Positions 53,410 through 63,483 of a stretch of 64,000 bases of DNA are shown piece by piece. The translations under genes were made by a program, and so were the position numbers. Below the pieces are notes generated by a model. The model saw only the letters and a program-made list of their open reading frames with translations. It had not been told where the DNA came from and searched no databases. The stretch's first letter is position 1; every line of letters begins with the position of its first letter. This stretch comes from an uncultured Chitinophagales bacterium. Lineage in GTDB: Bacteria > Bacteroidota > Bacteroidia > Chitinophagales > JADIYW01. The stretch lies in contig CAZBED010000002.1 in the NCBI GenBank assembly GCA_964490845.1, forward strand, positions 214,827 through 278,826, read 5' to 3'.

Positions 53410-53532
53410 ACATCCATGTTTTTATGCCGTTTTCAGTCTCCGTTTTCGTACTTTTATGCTGTCAAAATTTACGGGTTTTTTAAACCGGAAAAATTGACAT
53501 AACACGGATAAAAATAAGAACACAGTATAGTT

Positions 53533-55494
53533 ATGAGCGAAGTCTTAGAAGAAGTAAAAAGCAGTCATTACGGAGCAGATAATATCACCGTTTTAGAAGG
53601 GTTGGAAGCAGTGCGAAAACGTCCCGCGATGTATATCGGAGATATCAATACCCGCGGGTTGCATCATTTGGTGTACGAGGTTGTCGATAACTCGATTGAT
53701 GAAGCTTTAGCCGGTCATTGCAAAAATATTTTTGTTACCATCCATGAAGATAATTCCATTTCCGTGCTGGATGACGGGCGTGGTATCCCTGTCGATATGC
53801 ATGCAAAAGAAGGACGATCGGCGCTGGAAGTTGTTCTGACCGTTTTACACGCCGGCGGAAAATTCGATAAAGATTCATATAAAGTATCCGGTGGTTTGCA
53901 CGGTGTGGGTGTATCGTGTGTGAATGCATTATCCACTCAGTTGATTGCTACCGTTTACCGCGACGGAAAAGAATATCAGCAGGAATTCAGTATCGGTATT
54001 CCTAAATATCCGGTAAGAGAAGTAGGTCTTTCCAGCCAGAGAGGTACAAAAATCCATTTCAAACCGGATGCCACTATTTTTACCACAACGGAGTACAATT
54101 ATGATACATTGGCTGCCCGTATGCGTGAATTGGCGTATCTGAACCGGGGCATCAGCATTACTATTTCGGACGAAAGGAATAAAGATGAGAACAATGTAGC
54201 CTTTTCCGAAAATTTCTTTTCGGAAGGCGGATTACGAGAGTTTGTTACATTTTTAGATAAAACCCGCCAGCCGCTGATTCCGGAAGTGATTTATATGGAA
54301 GGCGCGAAAGATAATGTAGTGGTGGAGGTAGCTTTTCAGTACAATGATTCTTATAACGAAAACATCCATTCATATGTAAACAACATCAACACCATTGAAG
54401 GAGGGACGCACGTAGTCGGTTTCCGCAGGGCGTTGACAAGAGTGTTTAAAAACTGGGCGACTAAAAATGATTTATTTAAAAATCTGAAAACGGAAATCAG
54501 CGGAGAAGATTTCAGAGAAGGGATTACCTGTTTAGTTTCGGTAAAAGTACCTGAGCCGTTATTTGAAGGACAGACAAAGACCAAACTGGGTAACTCAGAG
54601 GTTGATGCAATAGTTGCAGGTGTTGTAGGGGAACAATTGGAATATTATCTCGAAGAACATCCAAAAGAAGCCAAAACAATTGTCAATAAAGTTATTCTGG
54701 CGGCAACAGCCCGTATGGCGGCCAAAAAGGCCAGAGAACTGGTACAGCGTAAAAGTGTACTGGGTGGTTCCGGATTGCCGGGGAAATTGTCCGATTGCTC
54801 AGATAAAAACCCGGATGCCTGCGAGTTATACCTGGTGGAGGGAGATTCAGCGGGCGGTACGGCTAAACAAGGCAGAAACCGAGCGTTTCAGGCTATCCTT
54901 CCCTTAAGGGGTAAAATCCTCAACGTGGAGAAAGCGATGGAGCACAAGATTTACGAGAACGAGGAGATAAAAAATATTTTTACCGCGCTGGGTGTCAGCA
55001 AAGGAGTGGAAGGAGATGAGAAAGCATTAAACATTGCAAAATTACGCTACCACAAAATCGTCATCATGTGTGATGCCGATGTAGATGGCAGTCACATCAC
55101 TACGCTGATTCTTACCTTCTTCTTCCGTCACATGAAAGAACTGATTGAGAATGGATACATATACATTGCTTCTCCTCCGTTGTATTTGGTGAAAAAAGGC
55201 AATAAAGAGCAGTATGCTTGGAACGACGAACAACGTGTTGCTGCGGTCAAGAAGATTGCAGGAGACGGAAAGGAAGACAGCGTCCATGTACAGCGCTACA
55301 AAGGTCTGGGAGAGATGAACGCCGAGCAGTTATGGGAAACAACCATGAACCCGGAAACCCGGACACTAAAACAAGTTACGATAGAAAATGCGGCGGAAGC
55401 TGATCATATTTTCTCCATGCTGATGGGCGACGAAGTGCCGCCACGCAGGGAATTTATAGAGGCTCATGCTAAATATGCAAAGATTGACGTATAA
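53533..55494 (+). CDS. gyrB: DNA gyrase subunit B
   Basis: 653 aa. YGADNITVLEGLEAVRKRPAMYIGD, the GHKL motifs, the Toprim segment EL(Y)LVEGDSAGG and IMCDADVDGSHI are present. Confidence 0.97.
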   Translation: MSEVLEEVKSSHYGADNITVLEGLEAVRKRPAMYIGDINTRGLHHLVYEVVDNSIDEALAGHCKNIFVTIHEDNSISVLDDGRGIPVDMHAKEGRSALEVVLTVLHAGGKFDKDSYKVSGGLHGVGVSCVNALSTQLIATVYRDGKEYQQEFSIGIPKYPVREVGLSSQRGTKIHFKPDATIFTTTEYNYDTLAARMRELAYLNRGISITISDERNKDENNVAFSENFFSEGGLREFVTFLDKTRQPLIPEVIYMEGAKDNVVVEVAFQYNDSYNENIHSYVNNINTIEGGTHVVGFRRALTRVFKNWATKNDLFKNLKTEISGEDFREGITCLVSVKVPEPLFEGQTKTKLGNSEVDAIVAGVVGEQLEYYLEEHPKEAKTIVNKVILAATARMAAKKARELVQRKSVLGGSGLPGKLSDCSDKNPDACELYLVEGDSAGGTAKQGRNRAFQAILPLRGKILNVEKAMEHKIYENEEIKNIFTALGVSKGVEGDEKALNIAKLRYHKIVIMCDADVDGSHITTLILTFFFRHMKELIENGYIYIASPPLYLVKKGNKEQYAWNDEQRVAAVKKIAGDGKEDSVHVQRYKGLGEMNAEQLWETTMNPETRTLKQVTIENAAEADHIFSMLMGDEVPPRREFIEAHAKYAKIDV

Positions 55495-55518
55495 AACCCG
55501 TTAAGTTTCCAATATTGT

Positions 55519-55549
55519 AGCCATGCCGGGAAGCATGGCTATTTTTTTT
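55519..55549 (+). terminator. Rho-independent terminator of gyrB
   Basis: AGCCATGC (55519-55526) pairs with GCATGGCT (55533-55540) around the loop CGGGAA. ATTTTTTTT follows. Confidence 0.85.
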
Positions 55550-55625
55550 GTTTAATTTTTGTGAAAATCACTCACCTTCCTTTTGGGTTAAAAGCAAAGA
55601 CAACAAAACTTTGTATTTTAGTACG

Positions 55626-56303
55626 ATGAAAAATACACCATCTGCTTTTCAATTGCTCTATATCAGTTGTATTCTGTTTTTAGCGCTAACCACATTAGGA
55701 ATGCTCACTTTTCCCGGCGGTACAATATTGGATCATTACACGAAAGGCTATAGTTTTTTTAATAATTTTTTTTCGGAGTTAGGCCGCTGGCGTACTCATC
55801 TGGGAGAAACGAAGTGGGTGTCTTTTTTCAGTTTTACAGTTGCGTTATTGATTCATGCTGCTGCAATGTTTTGGTTTAATCTTCATTTCCTGAAAGAAAC
55901 GAAAAGCATAGAGCTGAATAAAACGGCATATTACACCGCATTAATTTGCGGCAGCGCATTTCCATTTCTGTTGGCCGGTATCGCGCTCACACCTTGCGAT
56001 CTTTATTTGCCAAAACACATGTTTTGTGTCAGAGTAGGATTTGGGCTGCTGTTGCCACTGAGTTTGGCCTATACCGTATTAATCCGCCAGCATCATTTAT
56101 TGCCCAATAAATTCGGCAATATTATGCTGACCATAGTTGTTGCAATCGCCTTGTATTTAGGGATGATTTTTTTCGGGCCGAATCCTCATGAGGTGGGGTA
56201 TGTACAGCAGACTTCTCAGAAAATAATAGTCTATTCTATGATATTTTCGTTACTGTATCTGGCGTATGGCTGCAAGAAATATTTACAGGAAGAAAAAGGC
56301 TAA
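55626..56303 (+). CDS. Hypothetical multi-TM membrane protein
   Basis: 225 aa from MKNTPSAFQLLYISCILFLALTTLG (ATG 55626, downstream of the gyrB terminator), with about six hydrophobic helices. No family was recognised with confidence. Confidence 0.5.
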   Translation: MKNTPSAFQLLYISCILFLALTTLGMLTFPGGTILDHYTKGYSFFNNFFSELGRWRTHLGETKWVSFFSFTVALLIHAAAMFWFNLHFLKETKSIELNKTAYYTALICGSAFPFLLAGIALTPCDLYLPKHMFCVRVGFGLLLPLSLAYTVLIRQHHLLPNKFGNIMLTIVVAIALYLGMIFFGPNPHEVGYVQQTSQKIIVYSMIFSLLYLAYGCKKYLQEEKG

Positions 56304-56971
56304 TCTTTTCCGCCCACTCCAAACCCGAATCCGATATTCAGCATCATAGGAAAATTGCCAAAGGTGCCTCTGTAAATAGACTCTTTGCTATTGATGACAT
56401 TAAACAACAAAGAGGCATTGAAGACACCCACTTTCCCTATAGGAGCGGCATATCCGGCACCTAAAAGAAGATGGTGCACGTTCACCCGTTTGTCATAATA
56501 AAAATTGGAGGGTTTATTCACCATATCGTACCGGGCTTCCAAATTCAGCCCTTTGTAAATGTATCCTTTAGCATAAATATCAGACCCGTATACAAAAAAG
56601 CTTAATACCGTAGAACTGGAGTAGCGAATGCGTTCATAAATAAGTATAGGGCCGGCCCCCAGTTCCAGGCGGTCTTTTATGACCATATACCCGATTGTTG
56701 GTGTAAAATTTACATAAGTATATGTTCCGAACTGTAGTCCGAAATTACCCAATCCCACACGAAGGCGGTTTAGTCTTTCTTTTTTCAGCTCCGCAGCTGT
56801 TTTAGGATCGTTAGGCCCTGGTTTTATTTTTTCGGTTTTAGGAGCCGGCTTACTGTTATCCAGCGGTTCTATTATCTGTGTGGGCTGATAGTTTTCTTCC
56901 TGAGCAGCGGCAAATTTGCATTGAAAAAGTACCAATAAAAAAAATATATAGAGCAGTGTGTTTTTTTTCAT
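56300..56971 (-). CDS. Hypothetical outer-membrane beta-barrel-like protein
   Basis: Signal peptide MKKNTLLYIFFLLVLFQCKFAAAQ, then a Pro/Lys-rich linker, then a G/Y/F-rich beta-strand region. 223 aa. Confidence 0.5.
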   Translation of the reverse strand: MKKNTLLYIFFLLVLFQCKFAAAQEENYQPTQIIEPLDNSKPAPKTEKIKPGPNDPKTAAELKKERLNRLRVGLGNFGLQFGTYTYVNFTPTIGYMVIKDRLELGAGPILIYERIRYSSSTVLSFFVYGSDIYAKGYIYKGLNLEARYDMVNKPSNFYYDKRVNVHHLLLGAGYAAPIGKVGVFNASLLFNVINSKESIYRGTFGNFPMMLNIGFGFGVGGKD

Positions 56972-57026
56972 TTCATGGATTTTAGGATTATCGCATATAG
57001 AACGTACCTTTGATAAAAATAGTCTG

Positions 57027-59189
57027 ATGTACAAACTCAGCATAAAAATAATAGTATTTCCACTATTTTTCTTCTATAACTTCTATGCTTATTGTCAATT
57101 AACACTTGAAGATATTTTTTTAACAGATAGATATGTTGCAAAGGCATATCCGGAAATTGCTTTCCTGCATCGAAAACCCCTGAATGCCCGGTTTCTTGAC
57201 GTTCCGCATGGTAAAAATATCGGATTCTTTAACTGCCGGAATGAGCAGGTAGATGAATGGAAACTGTCTGAATTTGTGATGAATGGATCTAATACGGACA
57301 GAGACTGGTCCGGGCTGGAGTTTTCAAATACGGATCAGTTTTTCCTCCTGAGCAGAACGTGTGAAACCTTATACCGTTATGCTTCCTCTTGTGATTATGT
57401 GCTGGGAGATGCAAAAGGAATCTTGACAGACCTGAGTGAGGGGAAACAATATTTTCCGGCTTTTTCGCCCGATGACAAAAAAATTGCGTTTGTAAAATAC
57501 AATAACCTTTATTACAAAGATCTGTTGCACAACAGAGAAGTGCAAATCACAAAGGATGGCGAATGGAACAGGATTATAAACGGAAAGTCGGACTGGGTCT
57601 ATGAAGAAGAACTTGGACTGACAAAGGCTTTCGAGTGGAATACAACAGGAGATAAAATGGCATACCTGAAGTTTGATGAAACGAATGTGAAAGAATCCGC
57701 CTTGCCGATGTATTATGATTTAAAGTATCCGGATAACTTCAGGTATAAATACCCAAAAGTGGGAGAAGAAAATGCAAAAGTGTCGATATGGTGGTATGAT
57801 ACGAAATCTTCCAAAAATTATAAAGTGTCTGTACCGGTTTCGTTTGAATACATACCCCGAATTTATTGGAATGGCTCCGGAAATGAGATTGTAGCCATGC
57901 TGCTGAACCGACATCAGGATACCCTGCAATTAGTGGCATTTAATTGTAAAACGAAAAAATTCAGGCAACTATACCTCGAAACGGACAAGACGTATGTGGA
58001 GGTACCGAATACAGTCAGATTCTTGTCGGATAATTCTTTTCTTATTACTTCCGAAAAAGACGGACACAATCATTTATATCATTATGATAAGGACGGAAAT
58101 TTAATCAGGCAATTGACAAAAGGTGATTTTGAGATAATGGAAGTATATGGAGTAGATGAAAAGAATACGTTGATTTACTATCAAAGCAATGAGGGCAATG
58201 AGATAGAGACGGCCATCTGCAGAATGAATTATGATCAACTAACAAAGCAACAGCTGAGTCATCAGCAGGGAGTGCATACAGCCGGGTTTTCATCGGATTT
58301 CTCTTGCTATATACAAGGGTTTTCCAATGCTTCCATACCGCCGCAGGCTACAATACAGCAAACGGATTCTGAAAGCGGCATATTGCTCGAAGGCAATAAT
58401 AAATTGGGAGAGGAACTTAAAAACATACCCCATAAAGAATTTTTAAAAATTCCAGTAAACAAACAATTCTTAAACGCGTGGATTATCAAACCGGCAAACC
58501 TGGATATTACAAAAAAATATCCGTTGTTGCTATATGTGTATGGCGGTCCCGGAGACAGGGAGGTGTTGAATGAGTGGGAAAAACGCAGGGATTTATTTTA
58601 TAATTTCCTTGCTGAACAGGGGTATGTGGTGGCATGTGTGGAGAATACCGGAACAGGCAATAAAGGAGCTGCCTTTAAGAAAGCCACCTTCCTGCATCTG
58701 GGAAAACTGGAAACTTCCGACCAGGCCGCTGCGGCAAATTATTTTTCTACATTGCCCTATATTGATAAAAACCGCATAGGCATTTTTGGATGGAGTTATG
58801 GCGGATATATCGCGTTGAATGCTATACTGGAAGCGAATAACATCTTTAAAGCGGCCATTGCGGTAGCGCCCATCACGAATTGGAACCTGTATGATAATGT
58901 ATATACGGAGCGGTATATGAGAACACCGAAGGAAAATCCATTAGGCTATTATGAAAACAATCCGATTGTCTCCGCCCATAAATTAAAGGGCGAATTATTG
59001 CTGATACATGGAATGGCGGATGATAACGTTCAGGTGCAGCACACGATTCAGATGATCAATGCGCTGAACGAAGCACACAAAACGTACCAGATGTATCTCT
59101 ACCCGGACAAGGATCATGGTATATCCGGTAAACCATCCAGGTATGACCTCTTTTTAAAAATCTACCGGTTCATACAGGAAAAACTGTAA
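57027..59189 (+). CDS. Dipeptidyl-peptidase IV-like S9B family serine peptidase
   Basis: 720 aa. The N-terminal propeller part includes SPDDKKIAFVKYNNLY and SDWVYEEE. The catalytic Ser elbow is GWSYGGY, followed by GMADDNV and DKDHGI. Confidence 0.85.
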   Translation: MYKLSIKIIVFPLFFFYNFYAYCQLTLEDIFLTDRYVAKAYPEIAFLHRKPLNARFLDVPHGKNIGFFNCRNEQVDEWKLSEFVMNGSNTDRDWSGLEFSNTDQFFLLSRTCETLYRYASSCDYVLGDAKGILTDLSEGKQYFPAFSPDDKKIAFVKYNNLYYKDLLHNREVQITKDGEWNRIINGKSDWVYEEELGLTKAFEWNTTGDKMAYLKFDETNVKESALPMYYDLKYPDNFRYKYPKVGEENAKVSIWWYDTKSSKNYKVSVPVSFEYIPRIYWNGSGNEIVAMLLNRHQDTLQLVAFNCKTKKFRQLYLETDKTYVEVPNTVRFLSDNSFLITSEKDGHNHLYHYDKDGNLIRQLTKGDFEIMEVYGVDEKNTLIYYQSNEGNEIETAICRMNYDQLTKQQLSHQQGVHTAGFSSDFSCYIQGFSNASIPPQATIQQTDSESGILLEGNNKLGEELKNIPHKEFLKIPVNKQFLNAWIIKPANLDITKKYPLLLYVYGGPGDREVLNEWEKRRDLFYNFLAEQGYVVACVENTGTGNKGAAFKKATFLHLGKLETSDQAAAANYFSTLPYIDKNRIGIFGWSYGGYIALNAILEANNIFKAAIAVAPITNWNLYDNVYTERYMRTPKENPLGYYENNPIVSAHKLKGELLLIHGMADDNVQVQHTIQMINALNEAHKTYQMYLYPDKDHGISGKPSRYDLFLKIYRFIQEKL

Positions 59190-59315
59190 AATCGGCCAAG
59201 TGGAATATTAATAAACGAATGTGCAGAATAAATTCAGATTTCTGTGATTCATAACCTTAAATTTAAGTTTGGAAAGATATATCATCTTACCTTTGAACAT
59301 CTAAAAAATTTGAAG

Positions 59316-60377
59316 ATGAAGAAAATAATTTTTAGTGTAGTTTGTATGCTCCTTTTACAAACTTCTATGTATGCACAGGTAGAAAAACAAATTAAAGGAG
59401 AGGCCGTATCAACGGATGAAAAGAAAAAACTGGCTGATACAACTGATGGCTGGAAGTTCGGAGGATTGGGAAGTATTACGTTTAATCAGGCAGGGTTTGT
59501 GAATTGGGCACCCGGCGGAACAAATTCTTTTTCTTTCCTGTTCAACTTCCGTTTTTATGCCGATTTGAAAAAAAAGAATCACTTGTGGCAAAATTGGTTC
59601 GCAGCTGAGTATGGTATCCAGTTTGTAAAAAGCGATGCAGATAAAGTCAGAAAAAATGCTGATCGTTGGGAAATCTTTTCCAAGTACGGCTATAAGCTCT
59701 ACAAACCATTATATATCGCGGTCTATGCAGATTTGCGTTCTCAGTTTTCAAACACCTACGATTACTCACAACCCAAGCCGAGAAAACCCATTTCCAGGTT
59801 TGCGGCACCTTTAATTTTTGAATCAGCTGTAGGTTTGGATTATGTGCCGAATCAGTATTTTTCATTGTTCTATTCCCCCTTAGCTGCTAAGATTACCTTC
59901 GTCGGAGATAACGACATTGCCGCAGCGGGCACTTATGGCAATACTTTTCCATCCAAACTGAAAAAAGAATTTGGTACCGTGTTAATCGCAACATATAAAC
60001 AGAATTTCTGGAAACAAAACATCTCCATTCTTTCCGTTTTTAAAGCGTATAAAAATTACCTGAGAGATAAAGAACAGGTTTTTGATTTTACATCGGACCC
60101 TGCCACCTCGGCGTTGGTGCCTGAAACAATCAGCCATTACAGACGCAATATTGACATTGACTGGCAAACGACAATCGGCTTAAAAGTCAATAAATACTTA
60201 TCAGCCAGCGTCTTCCTGCAGTTGGTTTGGGATGTGGATGTGGCGACACCGGTTAGTGGTACAATAGCTCCCGTTCAATACAAACCACAGGCACAATTCA
60301 GAGATATTATCGGTATAGGATTGTCCTATAATCCCAATTTCTATAAAGCAAAAGGCATCAAAGCGAAAAGCCTGTAA
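59316..60377 (+). CDS. DUF3078-family outer-membrane protein
   Basis: Signal peptide MKKIIFSVVCMLLLQTSMYAQ. WKFGGLGSITFNQAGFVNWAPGGTNSFSF matches the DUF3078 consensus as I recall it. Confidence 0.6.
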   Translation: MKKIIFSVVCMLLLQTSMYAQVEKQIKGEAVSTDEKKKLADTTDGWKFGGLGSITFNQAGFVNWAPGGTNSFSFLFNFRFYADLKKKNHLWQNWFAAEYGIQFVKSDADKVRKNADRWEIFSKYGYKLYKPLYIAVYADLRSQFSNTYDYSQPKPRKPISRFAAPLIFESAVGLDYVPNQYFSLFYSPLAAKITFVGDNDIAAAGTYGNTFPSKLKKEFGTVLIATYKQNFWKQNISILSVFKAYKNYLRDKEQVFDFTSDPATSALVPETISHYRRNIDIDWQTTIGLKVNKYLSASVFLQLVWDVDVATPVSGTIAPVQYKPQAQFRDIIGIGLSYNPNFYKAKGIKAKSL

Positions 60378-60399
60378 ATTTAGCAGTCATATACGAAAA

Positions 60400-60427
60400 C
60401 CACACTGTAAATGAGTGTGGTTTTTTT
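60400..60427 (+). terminator. Rho-independent terminator of the DUF3078 gene
   Basis: CCACACT (60400-60406) pairs with AGTGTGG (60414-60420). TTTTTTT (60421-60427) follows. Confidence 0.8.
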
Positions 60428-60556
60428 ATTTAGAAGGAGTCTTAGTAGAGATTCTAAATTAACCCTAACAAGTAACATTTTTTAACAATATATCAAAAGC
60501 GTTCATAGGTTAGGATTTTATTTTTGCAGTTCATTAAACCGCATAAAATTTCGCTT

Positions 60557-61549
60557 ATGGAATCTATTGACATAAAAGCTTTAAACGAGCAAATCCAACA
60601 AGACAGCGCTTTTCTGGAAATCTTAAATCTGGAAATTGGCAAATCGATTGTAGGGCAAAAATACATGCTCGAACGATTGATGATAGCACTCTTGTCTCAA
60701 GGCCATATTTTACTCGAAGGAGTACCCGGGCTGGCAAAAACCTTAGCTATTAAATCCTTGTCCGACGCGATAGACACCCGATTCAGCCGGATTCAGTTTA
60801 CACCGGATTTGTTGCCTGCAGATATTTTAGGTACCATGGTGTACAATCAGGCTAAAGGGAATTTTGAAGTGAAGAAAGGCCCCATCTTTTCCAACTTCAT
60901 TTTAGCAGACGAGATTAACCGCGCCCCGGCTAAGGTACAGAGCGCATTGCTGCAATCCATGCAGGAAAGAGTGGTGACACTGGGTGATACGACCTATAAA
61001 CTTGAAGAACCTTTTCTGGTAATGGCCACTCAGAACCCCATTGAGCAGGAAGGAACCTACAATCTGCCGGAAGCACAGGTAGACCGTTTTATGCTGAAAG
61101 TAAAAATCTCTTATCCGGAATTTGAGGAAGAACGGCAGATCATGCGTCAGAATGTGAGTGGACTGAATCCGAATATCAACCCGGTGATATCTGCCGCAAC
61201 CATTCTAAAAGGACGTGATACCGTGCGTAAAGTATACATGGATGAGAAGATTGAGAAATATATTCTCGATATCATCTTTGCTACCCGCGAACCGGCTCAC
61301 TATAAAATCGATAACCTTAAACACCTGATAAGCTACGGTGGTTCGCCGCGTGCCAGTATCAGTTTGGCAATGGCCAGCAAAGCATATGCGTTTATCAAAC
61401 GAAGAGGTTATGTCATTCCCGAAGATGTGCGTGCAGTAGCACATGACGTATTGCGTCACAGGATAGGCATCACATACGAAGCGGAAGCAGAAAATATCAC
61501 CCAAGAACACATCATCGATACCATCTTAAACAGAGTAGAGGTTCCTTAG
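60557..61549 (+). CDS. MoxR-family AAA+ ATPase
   Basis: Walker A is LLEGVPGLAKT and Walker B is ILADEINRAPAKVQSALL. FLVMATQNPIEQEGTY is also present. It is the first gene of a Bat-type operon. Confidence 0.9.
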   Translation: MESIDIKALNEQIQQDSAFLEILNLEIGKSIVGQKYMLERLMIALLSQGHILLEGVPGLAKTLAIKSLSDAIDTRFSRIQFTPDLLPADILGTMVYNQAKGNFEVKKGPIFSNFILADEINRAPAKVQSALLQSMQERVVTLGDTTYKLEEPFLVMATQNPIEQEGTYNLPEAQVDRFMLKVKISYPEFEEERQIMRQNVSGLNPNINPVISAATILKGRDTVRKVYMDEKIEKYILDIIFATREPAHYKIDNLKHLISYGGSPRASISLAMASKAYAFIKRRGYVIPEDVRAVAHDVLRHRIGITYEAEAENITQEHIIDTILNRVEVP

Positions 61550-61623
61550 CAGTATTTTAGAAAAATGAGACGAGTGGCGACGCATTTCTCCGCTCCAATC
61601 TATTCATCTTCAATCTCAGACAA

Positions 61624-62490
61624 ATGGAAGTAACAGAACTACTAAAAAAGGTGCGGAAAATTGAAATCAAGACCAAGGGCTTGACGAATCATATTTTTTC
61701 GGGCGAGTACCACTCTGCCTTTAAAGGGCGTGGTATGTCTTTTTCTGAAGTTCGGGAATATCAGTATGGCGATGATATCCGGAATATCGACTGGAATGTC
61801 ACCGCCCGCTTCCAGCATCCTTTTGTCAAAGTGTTTGAGGAAGAACGGGAATTGACCATTATGCTGCTGATTGATGTGAGTAAATCTTCTTTTATCGGAA
61901 CACAGAACCAGCTGAAAAATGAAATCATTGCAGAAATAGCGGGTGTACTCGCTTTTTCAGCGATTCAGAATAACGATAAGGTGGGTGTCTTGTTTTTCAG
62001 CGATGCAATTGAGATGTTTATTCCGCCCAAAAAAGGGAAATCGCATATCCTGCGTATTATACGGGAGATACTCAACTTCGAGCCAAAGAGTAAAAGAACC
62101 GATATCTCACTGGCACTGGAAAGTTTCAATAATATGGTTAAACGGAAAAGTATCGCTTTTGTGTTATCCGATTTTATTGATGAAAATTACACGGATGAGC
62201 TGCGCCATATTGCTAAAAAACACGATGTGATAGGTGTAAAGGTATATGATCAGCTTGATACAGAACTTCCTAAGGTGGGGTTGCTGCAGATAAAAGATGT
62301 GGAAACGGGTGAAACGAAGTGGATAGATACCAATGACTCCAGCACCCAACAAACATACAGGGAACGCGCGGCATTCTATGATAAAAATTACGATTCCAGT
62401 TTTTTAAAAGCCGGTGCTGATAAACTGAAAATAAAAACAGAACAGTCGTATGTTCATATATTGATGAATTTCTTTAAGAAACGTGCCTGA
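61624..62490 (+). CDS. DUF58-family protein (vWA-like, MoxR partner)
   Basis: GEYHSAFKGRGMSFSEVREYQYGDDIRNIDWNVTAR is the typical DUF58 core. 288 aa. Confidence 0.85.
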   Translation: MEVTELLKKVRKIEIKTKGLTNHIFSGEYHSAFKGRGMSFSEVREYQYGDDIRNIDWNVTARFQHPFVKVFEEERELTIMLLIDVSKSSFIGTQNQLKNEIIAEIAGVLAFSAIQNNDKVGVLFFSDAIEMFIPPKKGKSHILRIIREILNFEPKSKRTDISLALESFNNMVKRKSIAFVLSDFIDENYTDELRHIAKKHDVIGVKVYDQLDTELPKVGLLQIKDVETGETKWIDTNDSSTQQTYRERAAFYDKNYDSSFLKAGADKLKIKTEQSYVHILMNFFKKRA

Positions 62491-62495
62491 CAGGA

Positions 62496-63479
62496 ATGAA
62501 ACAATTTTTACAAATACCAGTTGGATTCCTTGCTGATTGTTTCAAGACGGCAGTTGTAATGTGTATAACATTATTTTTGTTGACGCATAATTCCAACGCA
62601 CAGACGGCAACTGCTTCTGTTAAAGAAAAAGAATACCTTATAGGTGACTGGATACCGGTGGATTTATTTGTATCTGCCGCTTCCAATAACAAGGTGGTTT
62701 TTCCTAGCCTCAAAGATTCTATTTCACCCGTTATAGAAGTAGCCGATTTTTCTCCGGTTGATACTGTAAAGAAAAGCGGACAATATGAATACCATCAATT
62801 GGTGAATTTGATTGTCTTTGACACCGGACAGGTGTTACTGCCACAGTTCCAGTTTCTGGTGGATAATAATGGAAAGTTGGATACTATTACCTCAGAAGCG
62901 ATTCTGGTACATGTAGCCGGCGTGAAGATTGATACGACTAAAGATATTAAAGCCATAAAAGAACCGTTAAAAATTCCGCTTACTTTCAAAGAAATTTTAC
63001 CCTTCATAATCGGCGCACTGTTATTGGCAGCCTTAATCGGATTTGTTGTGTGGTTTATTCGGTATAAAAAGAAAAAAAACCTGCCGGTGGATGAGAAATA
63101 CCTCTTGCCTCCGCATGTCTGGGCGCTCAAGGAACTGGATAAACTGGGGCAGGAAAAATTATGGCAGACCGGTGAAGTGAAGAGCTACTATTCCCGTCTT
63201 ACTGATATTGCCAGAACCTACATAGAACTGCGCTATCATATTCCGGCTATGGAACAAACCACAGAAGAGCTGATGAGTTCGCTGCATAAAGGCGTCATGA
63301 AACAGTCGCTCAAAAAGGAATTGAACGAAGTACTTGCGCTGAGTGATTTTGTGAAATTCGCCAAGGCGCAGCCGGATTTTTTAGAGAATGAAAATTCGTT
63401 GAAAGTCATCAAAGACTTTATTGACAAAACAAAACAACTGGAAGAAGTAAAGAAAGCAGAACAACATAAACCCGTCTGA
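62496..63479 (+). CDS. Membrane protein of the Bat operon: N-terminal extracytoplasmic domain, one TM, C-terminal DUF4381-like region
   Basis: 327 aa with a signal-like N-terminus and the TM segment LPFIIGALLLAALIGFVVWFI. The C-terminal LPPHVWALKELDKL...YYSRLTDIARTYIELRYHIPAMEQTTEEL resembles DUF4381. Confidence 0.5.
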   Translation: MKQFLQIPVGFLADCFKTAVVMCITLFLLTHNSNAQTATASVKEKEYLIGDWIPVDLFVSAASNNKVVFPSLKDSISPVIEVADFSPVDTVKKSGQYEYHQLVNLIVFDTGQVLLPQFQFLVDNNGKLDTITSEAILVHVAGVKIDTTKDIKAIKEPLKIPLTFKEILPFIIGALLLAALIGFVVWFIRYKKKKNLPVDEKYLLPPHVWALKELDKLGQEKLWQTGEVKSYYSRLTDIARTYIELRYHIPAMEQTTEELMSSLHKGVMKQSLKKELNEVLALSDFVKFAKAQPDFLENENSLKVIKDFIDKTKQLEEVKKAEQHKPV

Positions 63480-63483
63480 GAAA

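Noticed and set aside
53334-53532. Replication origin (oriC) upstream of gyrB
   Set aside because: There is only one consensus DnaA box. I saw no cluster of boxes, no obvious AT-rich 13-mer-type unwinding repeats and no dnaA or dnaN nearby.
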